IMG/VR virus record: IMGVR_UViG_2711768002_000013
Origin: a virus
Taxonomy: Duplodnaviria; Heunggongvirae; Uroviricota; Caudoviricetes
Reading direction: 5' to 3' (one strand)
DNA length: 53,159 bases
This document shows, in pieces, positions 19,282-29,117 of the stretch (positions are counted from its first letter, which is position 1; the number at the start of each line of letters is the position of its first letter). Both the position numbers and the translations under genes were made by a program. The notes beneath the pieces are model-generated. The model was not told where the DNA came from and did not search any database. It was given only the letters and a program-made list of their open reading frames with translations.

Positions 19282-19304
19282 AGCTCGCTACGGCGAGCTT
19301 TTTA
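19282..19304 (+). terminator. Intrinsic terminator closing the lipoprotein cassette
   Basis: AGCTCGC-TACG-GCGAGCT hairpin followed by TTTTTA. Confidence 0.6.
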
Positions 19305-19407
19305 TATTGCATCGTCTCCAGCATATATATCAATTAAGGCTCTGATTGATGTGTCTGAAAGCCTACACATAATAACTATGCCATCCGTTCCGTGCGGAGG
19401 TGAGGCT

Positions 19408-19623
19408 ATGAAATCCATGGACAAAATTTCAACAGGCATTGCCTACGGCACCTCCGCAGGCAGTGCTGGCTACTGGTTTTTACAGTTGCTCGATAGAGTA
19501 ACTCCGTCACAGTGGGCTGCAATCGGTGTGCTGGGTAGTCTGGTATTTGGCCTGCTGACGTACCTGACAAACCTTTATTTCAAGATTAAAGAAGATAAGC
19601 GCAAGGCTGCGAGAGGTGAATAA
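19408..19623 (+). CDS. Pinholin, phage 21 S-type, with dual start
   Basis: [29 protein letters not shown]...; Met1 and Met4 starts (19408 and 19417); GGAGGTGAGG Shine-Dalgarno; followed by a SAR endolysin. Confidence 0.85.
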   Translation: MKSMDKISTGIAYGTSAGSAGYWFLQLLDRVTPSQWAAIGVLGSLVFGLLTYLTNLYFKIKEDKRKAARGE

Positions 19624-20120
19624 TGCCTCCATCATTACGAAAAGTCGTTGCTGCTGCTATTGGTGGCGGAGCAATTGCTATAGCATCAGTGTTAATCACT
19701 GGCCCAAGTGGTAACGATGGTCTGGAAGGTGTCAGCTACATACCATACAAAGATATTGTTGGTGTATGGACTGTATGTCACGGGCATACAGGAAAAGACA
19801 TCATGCTCGGTAAAACGTATACCAAAGCAGAATGCAAAACACTCTTGAATAAAGACCTTGCCACTGTCGCCAGACAAATTAACCCGTACATCAAAGTCGA
19901 TATACCGGAAACAACGCGCGGCGCTCTTTACTCATTCGTTTACAACGTGGGTGCTGGCAATTTCAGAACATCGACGCTTCTTCGCAAAATAAACCAGGGC
20001 GATATCAAAGGCGCATGTGATCAGCTACGTCGCTGGACATATGCTGGCGGTAAGCAATGGAAAGGTCTCATGACTCGTCGTGAGATTGAGCGTGAAATCT
20101 GTTTGTGGGGTCAGCAATGA
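19623..20120 (+). CDS. SAR endolysin (T4-lysozyme-like muramidase), R21-like
   Basis: 165 aa; N-terminal Gly/Ala-rich SAR segment [18 protein letters not shown]; catalytic E..D..T region [17 protein letters not shown]; TAATG overlap with the holin stop. Confidence 0.85.
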   Translation: MPPSLRKVVAAAIGGGAIAIASVLITGPSGNDGLEGVSYIPYKDIVGVWTVCHGHTGKDIMLGKTYTKAECKTLLNKDLATVARQINPYIKVDIPETTRGALYSFVYNVGAGNFRTSTLLRKINQGDIKGACDQLRRWTYAGGKQWKGLMTRREIEREICLWGQQ

Positions 20121-20581
20121 ACAGAGTAACCGCGATTATCTCCGCTCTGGTTATCTGCATCATCGTCTGCCTGTCATGGGCTGTTAATCATTACCGTGAT
20201 AACGCCATTACCTACAAAGCCCAGCGCGACAAAAATGCCAGAGAACTGAAGCTGGCGAACGCGGCAATTACTGACATGCAGATGCGTCAGCGTGATGTTG
20301 CTGCGCTCGATGCAAAATACACGAAGGAGTTAGCTGATGCGAAAGCTGAAAATGATGCTCTGCGTGATGATGTTGCCGCTGGTCGTCGTCGGTTGCACAT
20401 CAAAGCAGTCTGTCAGTCAGTGCGTGAAGCCACCACCGCCTCCGGCGTGGATAATGCAGCCTCCCCCCGACTGGCAGACACCGCTGAACGGGATTATTTC
20501 ACCCTCCGGGAACGACTGGTAATGATGCAGGCCCAACTTGAAGGTGCTCAGCAATACATAACCGAGCAGTGTTTAAAGTAA
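20117..20581 (+). CDS. Rz-like inner-membrane spanin
   Basis: ATG 20117 overlaps the endolysin stop (ATGA); N-terminal TM segment then coiled coil; Rz1 embedded in the +1 frame. Confidence 0.8.
   Translation: MNRVTAIISALVICIIVCLSWAVNHYRDNAITYKAQRDKNARELKLANAAITDMQMRQRDVAALDAKYTKELADAKAENDALRDDVAAGRRRLHIKAVCQSVREATTASGVDNAASPRLADTAERDYFTLRERLVMMQAQLEGAQQYITEQCLK
20337..20522 (+). CDS. Rz1-like outer-membrane lipoprotein spanin
   Basis: Embedded [27 protein letters not shown] with lipobox and proline-rich tail ([15 protein letters not shown]). Confidence 0.75.
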   Translation: MRKLKMMLCVMMLPLVVVGCTSKQSVSQCVKPPPPPAWIMQPPPDWQTPLNGIISPSGNDW

Positions 20582-20718
20582 AATCTTAACTACAATATGA
20601 TTCATTTTGATGATTGTTTCATAAGGAACAGTGAAGTAAGATCTAAGAGGAGTTAAATTTTATACAGTATAATCATAATATTGCAGCAAGGTGGTTATAA
20701 TTGAAAGAATATTTAGAT

Positions 20719-22176
20719 ATGAATACATCTCATGTAAGAGTTGTTACTCATATGTGTGGGTTCCTGGTTTGGCTCTATAGTCTTTCAATGTTGCCACCAA
20801 TGGTTGTAGCATTGTTTTATAAAGAAAAAAGCCTGTTCGTTTTCTTTATAACTTTCGTTATATTTTTTTGCATTGGTGGCGGAGCGTGGTATACAACTAA
20901 GAAATCTGGCATTCAATTACGTACCCGTGATGGGTTTATTATAATTGTAATGTTTTGGATTTTGTTTTCTGTTATTAGTGCATTCCCTTTATGGATTGAC
21001 TCAGAACTTAATTTAACGTTCATTGATGCTCTGTTTGAAGGGGTTTCTGGAATAACAACAACAGGAGCAACTGTAATTGATGATGTTAGTTCATTACCTC
21101 GGGCATATTTGTACTATCGGTCACAGTTAAATTTTATAGGTGGTTTAGGAGTTATTGTTCTGGCGGTTGCAGTATTGCCATTATTGGGTATTGGTGGTGC
21201 AAAGCTTTATCAGTCAGAAATGCCGGGGCCATTTAAGGATGACAAACTCACTCCCCGCCTGGCCGATACGTCACGGACACTGTGGATAACTTATTCTTTA
21301 TTAGGTATTGCTTGTATTGTCTGTTATAGACTTGCAGGAATGCCTTTGTTTGATGCTATTTGTCACGGGATTTCCACAGTTTCGCTTGGTGGTTTCTCAA
21401 CTCATAGCGAGAGTATCGGATATTTTAATAACTATTTGGTTGAGCTGGTGGCTGGTTCTTTTTCCCTGCTATCGGCTTTCAACTTCACTCTTTGGTATAT
21501 TGTTATTAGCAGAAAAACGATAAAACCTTTAATCAGAGATATTGAACTTCGTTTCTTTCTGTTAATAGCCTTAGGGGTGATCATTGTTACCTCTTTCCAG
21601 GTCTGGCATATAGGTATGTATGACTTGCATGGAAGTTTTATTCATTCGTTTTTTCTTGCCAGCTCCATGCTCACTGATAATGGTTTAGCTACGCAGGATT
21701 ATGCAAACTGGCCCACGCACACGATAGTGTTTTTGCTGTTGTCAAGTTTCTTTGGGGGATGTATAGGTTCAACCTGTGGTGGAATTAAGTCACTTCGATT
21801 TCTTATACTTTTCAAACAAAGCAAACACGAGATAAATCAGCTTTCTCATCCCAGAGCGTTGTTGAGTGTAAATGTAGGAGGGAAGATAGTTACAGATCGT
21901 GTAATGAGGTCTGTATGGAGTTTCTTTTTTCTTTATACTCTCTTCACGGTGTTTTTTATACTGGTGTTAAATGGTATGGGATATGATTTTCTTACATCAT
22001 TTGCAACAGTGGCTGCATGTATTAATAATATGGGATTAGGTTTTGGGGCTACTGCATCGTCATTCGGAGTGCTTAATGACATTGCAAAATATTTAATGTG
22101 CATAGCTATGATTCTTGGTCGCCTTGAAATTTATCCTGTTATTATATTGTTTTCAGGTTTTTTTTGGCGCTCCTAA
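20719..22176 (+). CDS. trkG: TrkH/TrkG-family potassium uptake protein
   Basis: 485 aa from ATG 20719; multi-pass membrane protein; AT-rich; position after the lysis genes as trkG in Rac. Confidence 0.85.
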   Translation: MNTSHVRVVTHMCGFLVWLYSLSMLPPMVVALFYKEKSLFVFFITFVIFFCIGGGAWYTTKKSGIQLRTRDGFIIIVMFWILFSVISAFPLWIDSELNLTFIDALFEGVSGITTTGATVIDDVSSLPRAYLYYRSQLNFIGGLGVIVLAVAVLPLLGIGGAKLYQSEMPGPFKDDKLTPRLADTSRTLWITYSLLGIACIVCYRLAGMPLFDAICHGISTVSLGGFSTHSESIGYFNNYLVELVAGSFSLLSAFNFTLWYIVISRKTIKPLIRDIELRFFLLIALGVIIVTSFQVWHIGMYDLHGSFIHSFFLASSMLTDNGLATQDYANWPTHTIVFLLLSSFFGGCIGSTCGGIKSLRFLILFKQSKHEINQLSHPRALLSVNVGGKIVTDRVMRSVWSFFFLYTLFTVFFILVLNGMGYDFLTSFATVAACINNMGLGFGATASSFGVLNDIAKYLMCIAMILGRLEIYPVIILFSGFFWRS

Positions 22177-22313
22177 TATATGGCTGATTTATAATTGTGA
22201 GTTTAATATTATGTTGACTCACTCATTGATCCAATACCTAACTTTACCAGCAACACCTCCGCCCCCAGTAGCACTGGCTGCTGGGGTGCGTTTTATTCAT
22301 AAAGCAAGGCTGT

Positions 22314-23102
22314 ATGAGCGAGAAATTAAAGATAGTCTATCGCCCATTACAAGAATTGTCACCGTATGCGCACAACGCCAGGACGCACAGTACTGAGCAG
22401 GTGGCACAACTGGTAGAAAGTATTAAGCAATTCGGCTGGACTAATCCGGTGCTGATTGACGAAAAGGGCGAAATTATTGCGGGTCACGGTCGTGTTATGG
22501 CGGCTGAAATGCTCAAAATGGATTCTGTTCCGGTCATTGTTCTGTCTGGCCTGACGGATGAGCAGAAAAAGGCGTACCGCCTGGCAGATAATCGCCTGCC
22601 GATGAATGCTGGCTGGGATGAAGATCTGTTGCGGATGGAGCTGTCGGACCTAATCAATGCTGATTTTGATGTCTCCCTGACAGGCTTCATCCCGGCAGAA
22701 ATTGATGAACTGTTGACGGATGTTTTGCCCGGTACAGGAAATGAGGAGGAGCCGTATACGACGAAAATTGATACGCCTGTTTATGAGCCGTCAGGCGGTA
22801 AACCGGATATCAGTGAACTGTACGACGATACGAAAACTCAGGAGCTGATCAGCCGGATACGTTCGGCGTCCCTTGATCCTGATATTGAGAAATTCCTCCT
22901 GTGTGCAGCAGAACGTCACACGGTGTTTAATTTCAGCAGAATTGCGGACTATTACGCTCATGCCCCCGCTGAAATTCAGTGCCTTTTCGAGGAGTCGGCG
23001 CTGGTGATCATTGATTATCAGCAGGCTATTGAAAATGGATTTGTCCGAATGACGCAGCGCATGGTGGAGATCATGCATGGCGGGGAGGAGGAATATGCGT
23101 GA
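22314..23102 (+). CDS. ParB-like nuclease domain protein
   Basis: 262 aa; N-terminal ParB/Srx-like motif region (..PVLIDEKGEIIAGHGRVMAA..); located just upstream of the terminase genes. Confidence 0.6.
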   Translation: MSEKLKIVYRPLQELSPYAHNARTHSTEQVAQLVESIKQFGWTNPVLIDEKGEIIAGHGRVMAAEMLKMDSVPVIVLSGLTDEQKKAYRLADNRLPMNAGWDEDLLRMELSDLINADFDVSLTGFIPAEIDELLTDVLPGTGNEEEPYTTKIDTPVYEPSGGKPDISELYDDTKTQELISRIRSASLDPDIEKFLLCAAERHTVFNFSRIADYYAHAPAEIQCLFEESALVIIDYQQAIENGFVRMTQRMVEIMHGGEEEYA

Positions 23103-24027
23103 TGATTTTTGCGCCTTTATTCTGACTCACGGGCGACCGGACAAAGTTCTGACTTACCGGACGTTGCGTCGTGCTGGCTATACCGGGAAAATTTTTATCG
23201 TTGTTGATGATGAAGATAAGACACGGCATCAGTACATGGCTGAATTTGGTGAACAGGTGCTGGTATTTTCCAAAGCCGATATTGCTAGTCGTTTTGACGA
23301 AGCCGATAATTTTAGTGACCGCCGCTCAATTTTTTACGCCCGTAATGCCTGTTTCGACCAGGCAAAACTGGTCGGGTGTAAATACTTCATTCAGCTCGAT
23401 GATGATTATCACGAGTTCCAGTTTCGGGTGGATCGCAACTATGACCAGGCCTATTTCCCGATAAGGAAACTGGATGAGATCCTTTCTGAAATGCTTGCGT
23501 ACTACGAATCAATACCTGCTCTTTCCATCGCTATGTCGCAGGGCGGGGATTTTCTTGGTGACAATGGCGGCCATGCTTCGTGGGTGAAACGCAAGGCAAT
23601 GAACAGCTTTATCTGTTCGGTTGATCGACCGTTCTCATTCATGGGGCGCATTAACGAGGATGTGAATACGTACACGAATCTCGGTCGCTGTGGTGAATTG
23701 TTTATGACGATCGGTGCTGTCCAGTTAGGGCAGAAACAGACGCAGAAAAACAGCGGCGGAATGACCGAGCTGTATCTGGATTCCGGAACCTACGTTAAAA
23801 GTTTTTACTCCGTCATGTATGCGCCGTCGTGCGTAAAAATCTCACTTATGGGTGCCAGTCATAAACGCATTCACCATCAGGTCACCTGGAACAACGCTGC
23901 AGTAAAAATCCTTCACGAAAAATACAGGAAGAAGACACCCTGCATATCAATGGGGGTGACAAATGATTCCGTATTCGAAAGTCGAGTCTCTGGCAGCGTG
24001 CCGGATGACTGCACAACAAATCGCTGA
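23095..24027 (+). CDS. Hypothetical protein with DxD-type acidic motif (IQLDDDYHEF)
   Basis: ATG 23095 preceded by GGAGGAGG; overlaps the ParB-like stop (ATGCGTGA); function not recognisable. Confidence 0.4.
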   Translation: MRDDFCAFILTHGRPDKVLTYRTLRRAGYTGKIFIVVDDEDKTRHQYMAEFGEQVLVFSKADIASRFDEADNFSDRRSIFYARNACFDQAKLVGCKYFIQLDDDYHEFQFRVDRNYDQAYFPIRKLDEILSEMLAYYESIPALSIAMSQGGDFLGDNGGHASWVKRKAMNSFICSVDRPFSFMGRINEDVNTYTNLGRCGELFMTIGAVQLGQKQTQKNSGGMTELYLDSGTYVKSFYSVMYAPSCVKISLMGASHKRIHHQVTWNNAAVKILHEKYRKKTPCISMGVTNDSVFESRVSGSVPDDCTTNR

Positions 24028-24214
24028 CGTTCTGGATGTTGATCTGAACCGACTGAAAGAAAATCGGGAAGCAATGACAGATTTTTATGCGGCCATCCGT
24101 AAGGGCAGAGCGAAAGGTGAAGCCGAGTTACGAGCGGCATTGTTTAAGCTTGCCAGAAAAGGGGATGCCTTTGCTCTGCGCGAACTACTCAGGGTGGATA
24201 AAAATCAGGACTAA
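23963..24214 (+). CDS. Small HTH-like protein upstream of terminase (speculative)
   Basis: ATG 23963 preceded by GGGGGTGA; 83 aa; overlaps the 3' end of the upstream ORF, so one of the two calls may be over-extended. Confidence 0.3.
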   Translation: MIPYSKVESLAACRMTAQQIADVLDVDLNRLKENREAMTDFYAAIRKGRAKGEAELRAALFKLARKGDAFALRELLRVDKNQD

Positions 24215-24217
24215 CTG

Positions 24218-25312
24218 ATGAGCAGACCGGACTGGGGGGCGTTGCAGCAGGAGTATATTGCTGAATACACCCGCTCCGGTATATCTCCGGTGGCATGGTG
24301 TGAAGCAAGGGGACTGAATTACGCAACAGCCCGTCGTTACATCAAAAAAACTCCGAAAAATGCGCAGACAGAAATGTGCAAAACTGCGCAAAAAAGTGCG
24401 CAGAAAAAATCTGCGCAGACTGCACAAAAGCGGAACGAAAAATCTCAGGAAAAAAAGCCAGTATTCGATGCGGGCCTGAATGAGGGCGACGCGGAGGAAT
24501 TTTCGTTCTGTCCCGATGAATTCGGCATTTCTGACCAGCAGGCTAAGTTTGCGATGCTTGTTGCTCAGGGTAAAAAGCCGACAGAGGCGTACCGACTAGC
24601 CGGTTATGAGGGGCAAGGTGCGACAGCTAACAGCAACGCCAGTCGTATGCTTAGAAATGCCAGGGTTTTTCGCGCTATCAGCTACTTCCGCAATCAGTAC
24701 CAGAAACGCTATACCGCAGACCTGGATTTACTAGTGAGTCAGTTGATGGCTATTGTCCTGGCCGACCCCAATCAGCTTGCACAATTTCGCCGTGTTAACT
24801 GCCGTTATTGCTGGGGCGAGAATCATCTCTACCAGTGGCGCGATATAGCAGAATTCGACAAGGCAGCGGCGCAGGCTTCCAGAGATGGCAAACCCGAACC
24901 GGAATATGGAGGCCTCGGCTTTGTTGATAACGCCATACCCAATCCGGACTGCCCGAAGTGCTGCGGTGAGGGAACGGGACAGCTTTATATGGCTGATACC
25001 ACTCTGCTTGATGGGGATGCGCGGCAATTATATGCAGGGGCAAAATTCGGAAAATTCGGCGTTGAGATCCTGCTGGAGGATAAGGCTGCCGCCCGGCGTG
25101 AATTGTTGCGTTTGTTTTCTGCTGGCGGGGCTTTATGTGCAGATAAGCGGCTACGGGAACTGGAAATTGAACGGCGCAGAATGGAAAACCAGAAGCTGCG
25201 CAAAGAGATCGAAACGGTGGAAGATAATGAACATCCCCAGCCTGTGGCGATCAATATTAATGTGGTTGATGCCAGAGTAAGGAGTGATGAAGATGATCTC
25301 TCCGACGCTTAA
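24218..25312 (+). CDS. Terminase small subunit
   Basis: 364 aa; N-terminal HTH-like region; YRLAGYEGQGATANSNASRMLRNARV resembles small-terminase motifs; precedes the large subunit. Confidence 0.65.
   Translation: MSRPDWGALQQEYIAEYTRSGISPVAWCEARGLNYATARRYIKKTPKNAQTEMCKTAQKSAQKKSAQTAQKRNEKSQEKKPVFDAGLNEGDAEEFSFCPDEFGISDQQAKFAMLVAQGKKPTEAYRLAGYEGQGATANSNASRMLRNARVFRAISYFRNQYQKRYTADLDLLVSQLMAIVLADPNQLAQFRRVNCRYCWGENHLYQWRDIAEFDKAAAQASRDGKPEPEYGGLGFVDNAIPNPDCPKCCGEGTGQLYMADTTLLDGDARQLYAGAKFGKFGVEILLEDKAAARRELLRLFSAGGALCADKRLRELEIERRRMENQKLRKEIETVEDNEHPQPVAININVVDARVRSDEDDLSDA
24361..24430 (+). repeat. Array of TGCGCAGA-like repeats inside terS (candidate pac or binding site)
   Basis: Six copies of TG(C/T)(G/A)CA(G/A/C)A at 24361, 24375, 24385, 24397, 24412 and 24421, spaced 9-15 bp. 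Confidence 0.4.
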
Positions 25313-26594
25313 TGTGCCTCAGGCGCGATTTCTTTCAATGCCCCATAAATTTAAAGCCTATATTGCTGGTTTTGGCTCGGGCAAAACATGGGTTGGGTGT
25401 GGCGGCATATGCAAGGGGATTTGGGAGCATCCAGGTATAAATCAGGGATATTTTGCGCCAACGTATCCCCAAATTCGCGATATTTTTTACCCTACAGTGG
25501 AAGAAGTTGCTGCTGACTGGGGATTGAACGTAAAAATTAATGAGGGAAATAAAGAGGTTCACTTTTATTACGGACGCCAGTATCGGGGAACCACTATCTG
25601 CAGATCGATGGAGAAGCCACAAACGATCGTCGGTTTCAAAATTGGTAATGCGTTGGTGGATGAACTGGACATTTTGCCGAAGGAAAAAGCCAGAACGGCG
25701 TGGCGCAAGATAATTGCACGTATGCGTTATAAGATTGATGGACTTCGCAACGGTATTGACGTTACAACCACGCCGGAAGGATTCAAATTTGTCTACGAGC
25801 AGTTTGTTAAAGCCGTGCGTGAAAAAACAGAGCTGGCCTCACTGTATGGTCTGGTGCAGGCATCTACTTTCGATAATGAAAAGAACCTGCCAGCAGATTA
25901 CATTCCTTCGCTTCTTGAATCATACCCTCCAGAGCTGATTAAAGCCTATCTTCGAGGACAGTTTACTAACCTGACAAGTGGTACTGTTTACCATCAGTTT
26001 GACCGGAAACTGAATAATTGCGAAGAAGTGGAGCAGCCAGGGGAGCCGATTTATATTGGGATGGATTTTAACGTTGGAAAGATGGCGGGAATCGTCCATG
26101 TGCTGCGTTTGGGGCTTCCATGTGCGGTAACTGAAATCATCAATGCCTACGATACGCCGGATATGATCCGCATCATTAAAGAACGCTTCTGGCTGTATGA
26201 TGGGAATGATTACCGGAAAGTGAGGGAAATTTATATTTATCCAGATGCTTCCGGGGATTCCAGAAAATCAAGTAACGCAAGTACGACGGATATAGCCCAG
26301 CTTAAGCAGGCTGGTTTTAACGTTGTGGTGAACAGCTCGAACCCGCCAGTAAAAGATCGCGTTAACTCAATGAATGCAATGTTCTGCAATGCCAATGGTG
26401 AGCGTCGCTATAAAGTTAATGTGAAGCGTTGCCCGTTATATGCCGAATCTCTGGAGCAACAGGTCTGGGATGAGAAGGGGGAGCCTGATAAAAAATCTGG
26501 CAATGATCACCCGAATGATGCCGGAGGTTATTTCATCGTTAAGCAATTCCCTATTGTCAAACCGACCGGAAGAGTCACATCACTTCGGATTTAA
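25284..26594 (+). CDS. Terminase large subunit
   Basis: 436 aa; Walker A-like AGFGSGKT near the N-terminus; followed by the portal gene. Confidence 0.85.
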   Translation: MMKMISPTLNVPQARFLSMPHKFKAYIAGFGSGKTWVGCGGICKGIWEHPGINQGYFAPTYPQIRDIFYPTVEEVAADWGLNVKINEGNKEVHFYYGRQYRGTTICRSMEKPQTIVGFKIGNALVDELDILPKEKARTAWRKIIARMRYKIDGLRNGIDVTTTPEGFKFVYEQFVKAVREKTELASLYGLVQASTFDNEKNLPADYIPSLLESYPPELIKAYLRGQFTNLTSGTVYHQFDRKLNNCEEVEQPGEPIYIGMDFNVGKMAGIVHVLRLGLPCAVTEIINAYDTPDMIRIIKERFWLYDGNDYRKVREIYIYPDASGDSRKSSNASTTDIAQLKQAGFNVVVNSSNPPVKDRVNSMNAMFCNANGERRYKVNVKRCPLYAESLEQQVWDEKGEPDKKSGNDHPNDAGGYFIVKQFPIVKPTGRVTSLRI

Positions 26595-26596
26595 TT

Positions 26597-28003
26597 ATGG
26601 CTGATATATCAACACCCAACCTCGACTATAACGATATGCTGGAGGCGTGGGATATTAACGACGCACTGATGGGCGGTACGCTTGAAATGCGCAGGCAGGG
26701 GGAAAATTATCTCCCAAAATGGCCTAACGAAGATGAAGACGCTTATAAAAAACGCCTGTCTGTGGCTACGCTACTTCCTGTGTATGAAGAAAGCATCAAG
26801 CAAAATATTGGGCGCATATTTGCAGAGCCGACAGTATTGAGTGAGGAAACGCCGGCAAAAATCAGGGAATATGCAGAAAATATCGACATGGAGGGGAGCC
26901 GACTGGATGTGTGGGCGCAGCAATTTTTCAGCCTCGCATTTCAGTATGGTGTGGCACATGCGCTGGTGGACTATCCACGAACGGATATGAAAGAGATTCG
27001 GACAAAAGCCGATGAAAACGCGACCGGTGGTCGTCCGTACGTTACGATGCTGAATCCACGCCAGGTTATTGGATGGAAATCGAAAGTTGAAAAAGGGAAA
27101 GTTGTTCTCACTGATTTGCGTATAAAAGAGGTCATCATTATTGATGGTGATGATTTCGGGCAGAAGAAGGTGGAGCAGATCCGCCATATTATGCCCCGTC
27201 GAGTTGAAATTTATCGACGTAGCGAAGGCACTAATGGCGAATCTGTCTGGACGCTTCATGAGTCATGGAATACCAGCCGTGATGATATTCCTCTGGTAAC
27301 ACTGTACACGAAGAAAACAGGATTTATGCGTGGTACACCGCCATTGCTTAATCTTGGCTTGCTGAATATCAAGCACTGGCAAAGCCAGAGCGAGCAGGAC
27401 AATATTCTTCATGTTGCCCGCGTTCCATTGCTGGTGGCCTACGGGCTGGACAGGAATGAAGAACTGACGGTTGGTGCATCCACCGCTACGATTTTTGAGG
27501 ACAGAACAAAAAATGGCCTCGAATATGTTGAACATAGTGGCGCAGCGATAGAATCTGGCGAAACATCACTTGAGAAGCTGGAAAATCAGATGCGTCATGC
27601 CGGCGCTAAACTTCTGCGTGCTGAAAATACATCCACCAAATCTGTTGATCAGACTAATGAAGAGCGAATGCAGGAAAACTCGCCGCTTTATACAATGGCG
27701 AACTCCCTCGAAGATGCCCTCGATAATATTCTCCAGATAATGGCGGAATGGATCGGAGAGAGTTGCGGTGGCAATGTGGATGTGCGCACTGAACTGGATG
27801 TATCTGCCCAGGTGTTTGACTCATCCTCCGCGCTGGCTGTTCAGTCATTGCGTCAGGGCGGTGATATACGTCAGATTGATGCGGTTCGGGTGTTGCAGGC
27901 GTTGAAATTTATCGATCAGGATTCCCGTCCAGAGGAAGTGATCGATGAATTAAAAAATCAGAGTGTAATGCTGATGGAAATCAATGATGCAAACCGTGAA
28001 TGA
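26597..28003 (+). CDS. Portal protein
   Basis: 468-aa ORF immediately after terL; size and position typical. Confidence 0.8.
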   Translation: MADISTPNLDYNDMLEAWDINDALMGGTLEMRRQGENYLPKWPNEDEDAYKKRLSVATLLPVYEESIKQNIGRIFAEPTVLSEETPAKIREYAENIDMEGSRLDVWAQQFFSLAFQYGVAHALVDYPRTDMKEIRTKADENATGGRPYVTMLNPRQVIGWKSKVEKGKVVLTDLRIKEVIIIDGDDFGQKKVEQIRHIMPRRVEIYRRSEGTNGESVWTLHESWNTSRDDIPLVTLYTKKTGFMRGTPPLLNLGLLNIKHWQSQSEQDNILHVARVPLLVAYGLDRNEELTVGASTATIFEDRTKNGLEYVEHSGAAIESGETSLEKLENQMRHAGAKLLRAENTSTKSVDQTNEERMQENSPLYTMANSLEDALDNILQIMAEWIGESCGGNVDVRTELDVSAQVFDSSSALAVQSLRQGGDIRQIDAVRVLQALKFIDQDSRPEEVIDELKNQSVMLMEINDANRE

Positions 28004-29099
28004 ACGGCTGCGTGATGAATCAATTGCTCATGCAGTCTGGATATCCCGCTATAGCACTGGCGTGGCTGCCAGAATGGTGAAAATACTGAATGACAGCGAT
28101 GCGGAACTTACTGCTCGCCTGCTGATAGCACTGGACAGCCTCGATCCAGGTAGTTTTACCGTTAAGCGCCTGGAGTCACTTCTGGCGAGCGTCAGAGAGG
28201 TTAACCGCACTGCTATTAACAGCATGTTTACCAGTCTCTCCGGAGAGCTGAACGAGCTGGCAATTTATGAGGCTGGTTATCAGTTAAGTCTGTTTGATTC
28301 TATGCTACCTGATTTTGTTGCTGATGTTCACCCTCTGGTTGGTATCTCTCCTGATGCACTTTATGCCGCTGCAATGGCGCGACCATTCCAGGGACGACTG
28401 CTCAGTGAGTGGGCCTCAGATCTTGAGGCGGATCGGCTCAGACGCATAACAAATACAGTGCGTCAGGGTTTTTTGCTGGGGGATACCAATGAGCAGATCG
28501 CAAGAAAAATTCGGGGACATGTCAGTAAGGGATTTCAGGATGGTGCATTGCAGATGAGCCGGGCTAATGCGGCCAGCATTGCAAAAACAGCGGTTGGACA
28601 TCTTGCTGCTACTGCCCGTGAGAGTTTTGCCAGCGCGAATAATGATTTGATTAAGGGTAAGCAATGGTTATCAACGCTTGATAATCGTACTACGCCACAA
28701 TGTCGAATCAGGGATCGCCTCAAATATACGCTGAATAATAAACCTGTAGGTCACAGCGTGCCTTATTTGCAGGGGCCGGGAAAAATTCATTTCTGCTGCC
28801 GCTCAACGGAAACGTTCATTCTGAAATCAGCGAAGGAACTGGGTATTGATGTTCGCGATATTTCCCCGGCTGAGCGGGCCAGCATGGATGGCGTGGTGGC
28901 CGGAGATACAACCTACAGGGAATGGTTTTTGCGTCAGCCTTACACCAGACAAAAACAGATTGTGGGGGAAAGCCGAGCAAAGCTGATTCGGGATGGTGGT
29001 ATGTCGCCAGATGAATTTTACACCGATAAAGGCGAATGGCTGACGCTGAAGCAGCTCCGTGAGCGTGATGCACAGGTATTCAGAAAAGCAGGGATTTAA
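27984..29099 (+). CDS. Head morphogenesis protein (minor head protein)
   Basis: 371-aa ORF overlapping the portal stop; canonical position. Confidence 0.65.
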   Translation: MMQTVNERLRDESIAHAVWISRYSTGVAARMVKILNDSDAELTARLLIALDSLDPGSFTVKRLESLLASVREVNRTAINSMFTSLSGELNELAIYEAGYQLSLFDSMLPDFVADVHPLVGISPDALYAAAMARPFQGRLLSEWASDLEADRLRRITNTVRQGFLLGDTNEQIARKIRGHVSKGFQDGALQMSRANAASIAKTAVGHLAATARESFASANNDLIKGKQWLSTLDNRTTPQCRIRDRLKYTLNNKPVGHSVPYLQGPGKIHFCCRSTETFILKSAKELGIDVRDISPAERASMDGVVAGDTTYREWFLRQPYTRQKQIVGESRAKLIRDGGMSPDEFYTDKGEWLTLKQLRERDAQVFRKAGI

Positions 29100-29117
29100 A
29101 TAAATCATTTATTACAA

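Noticed and set aside
22115-22396. 93-aa ORF overlapping the trkG 3' end and the ParB-like 5' end
   Set aside because: Overlaps two better-supported genes in another frame; no ribosome-binding site.
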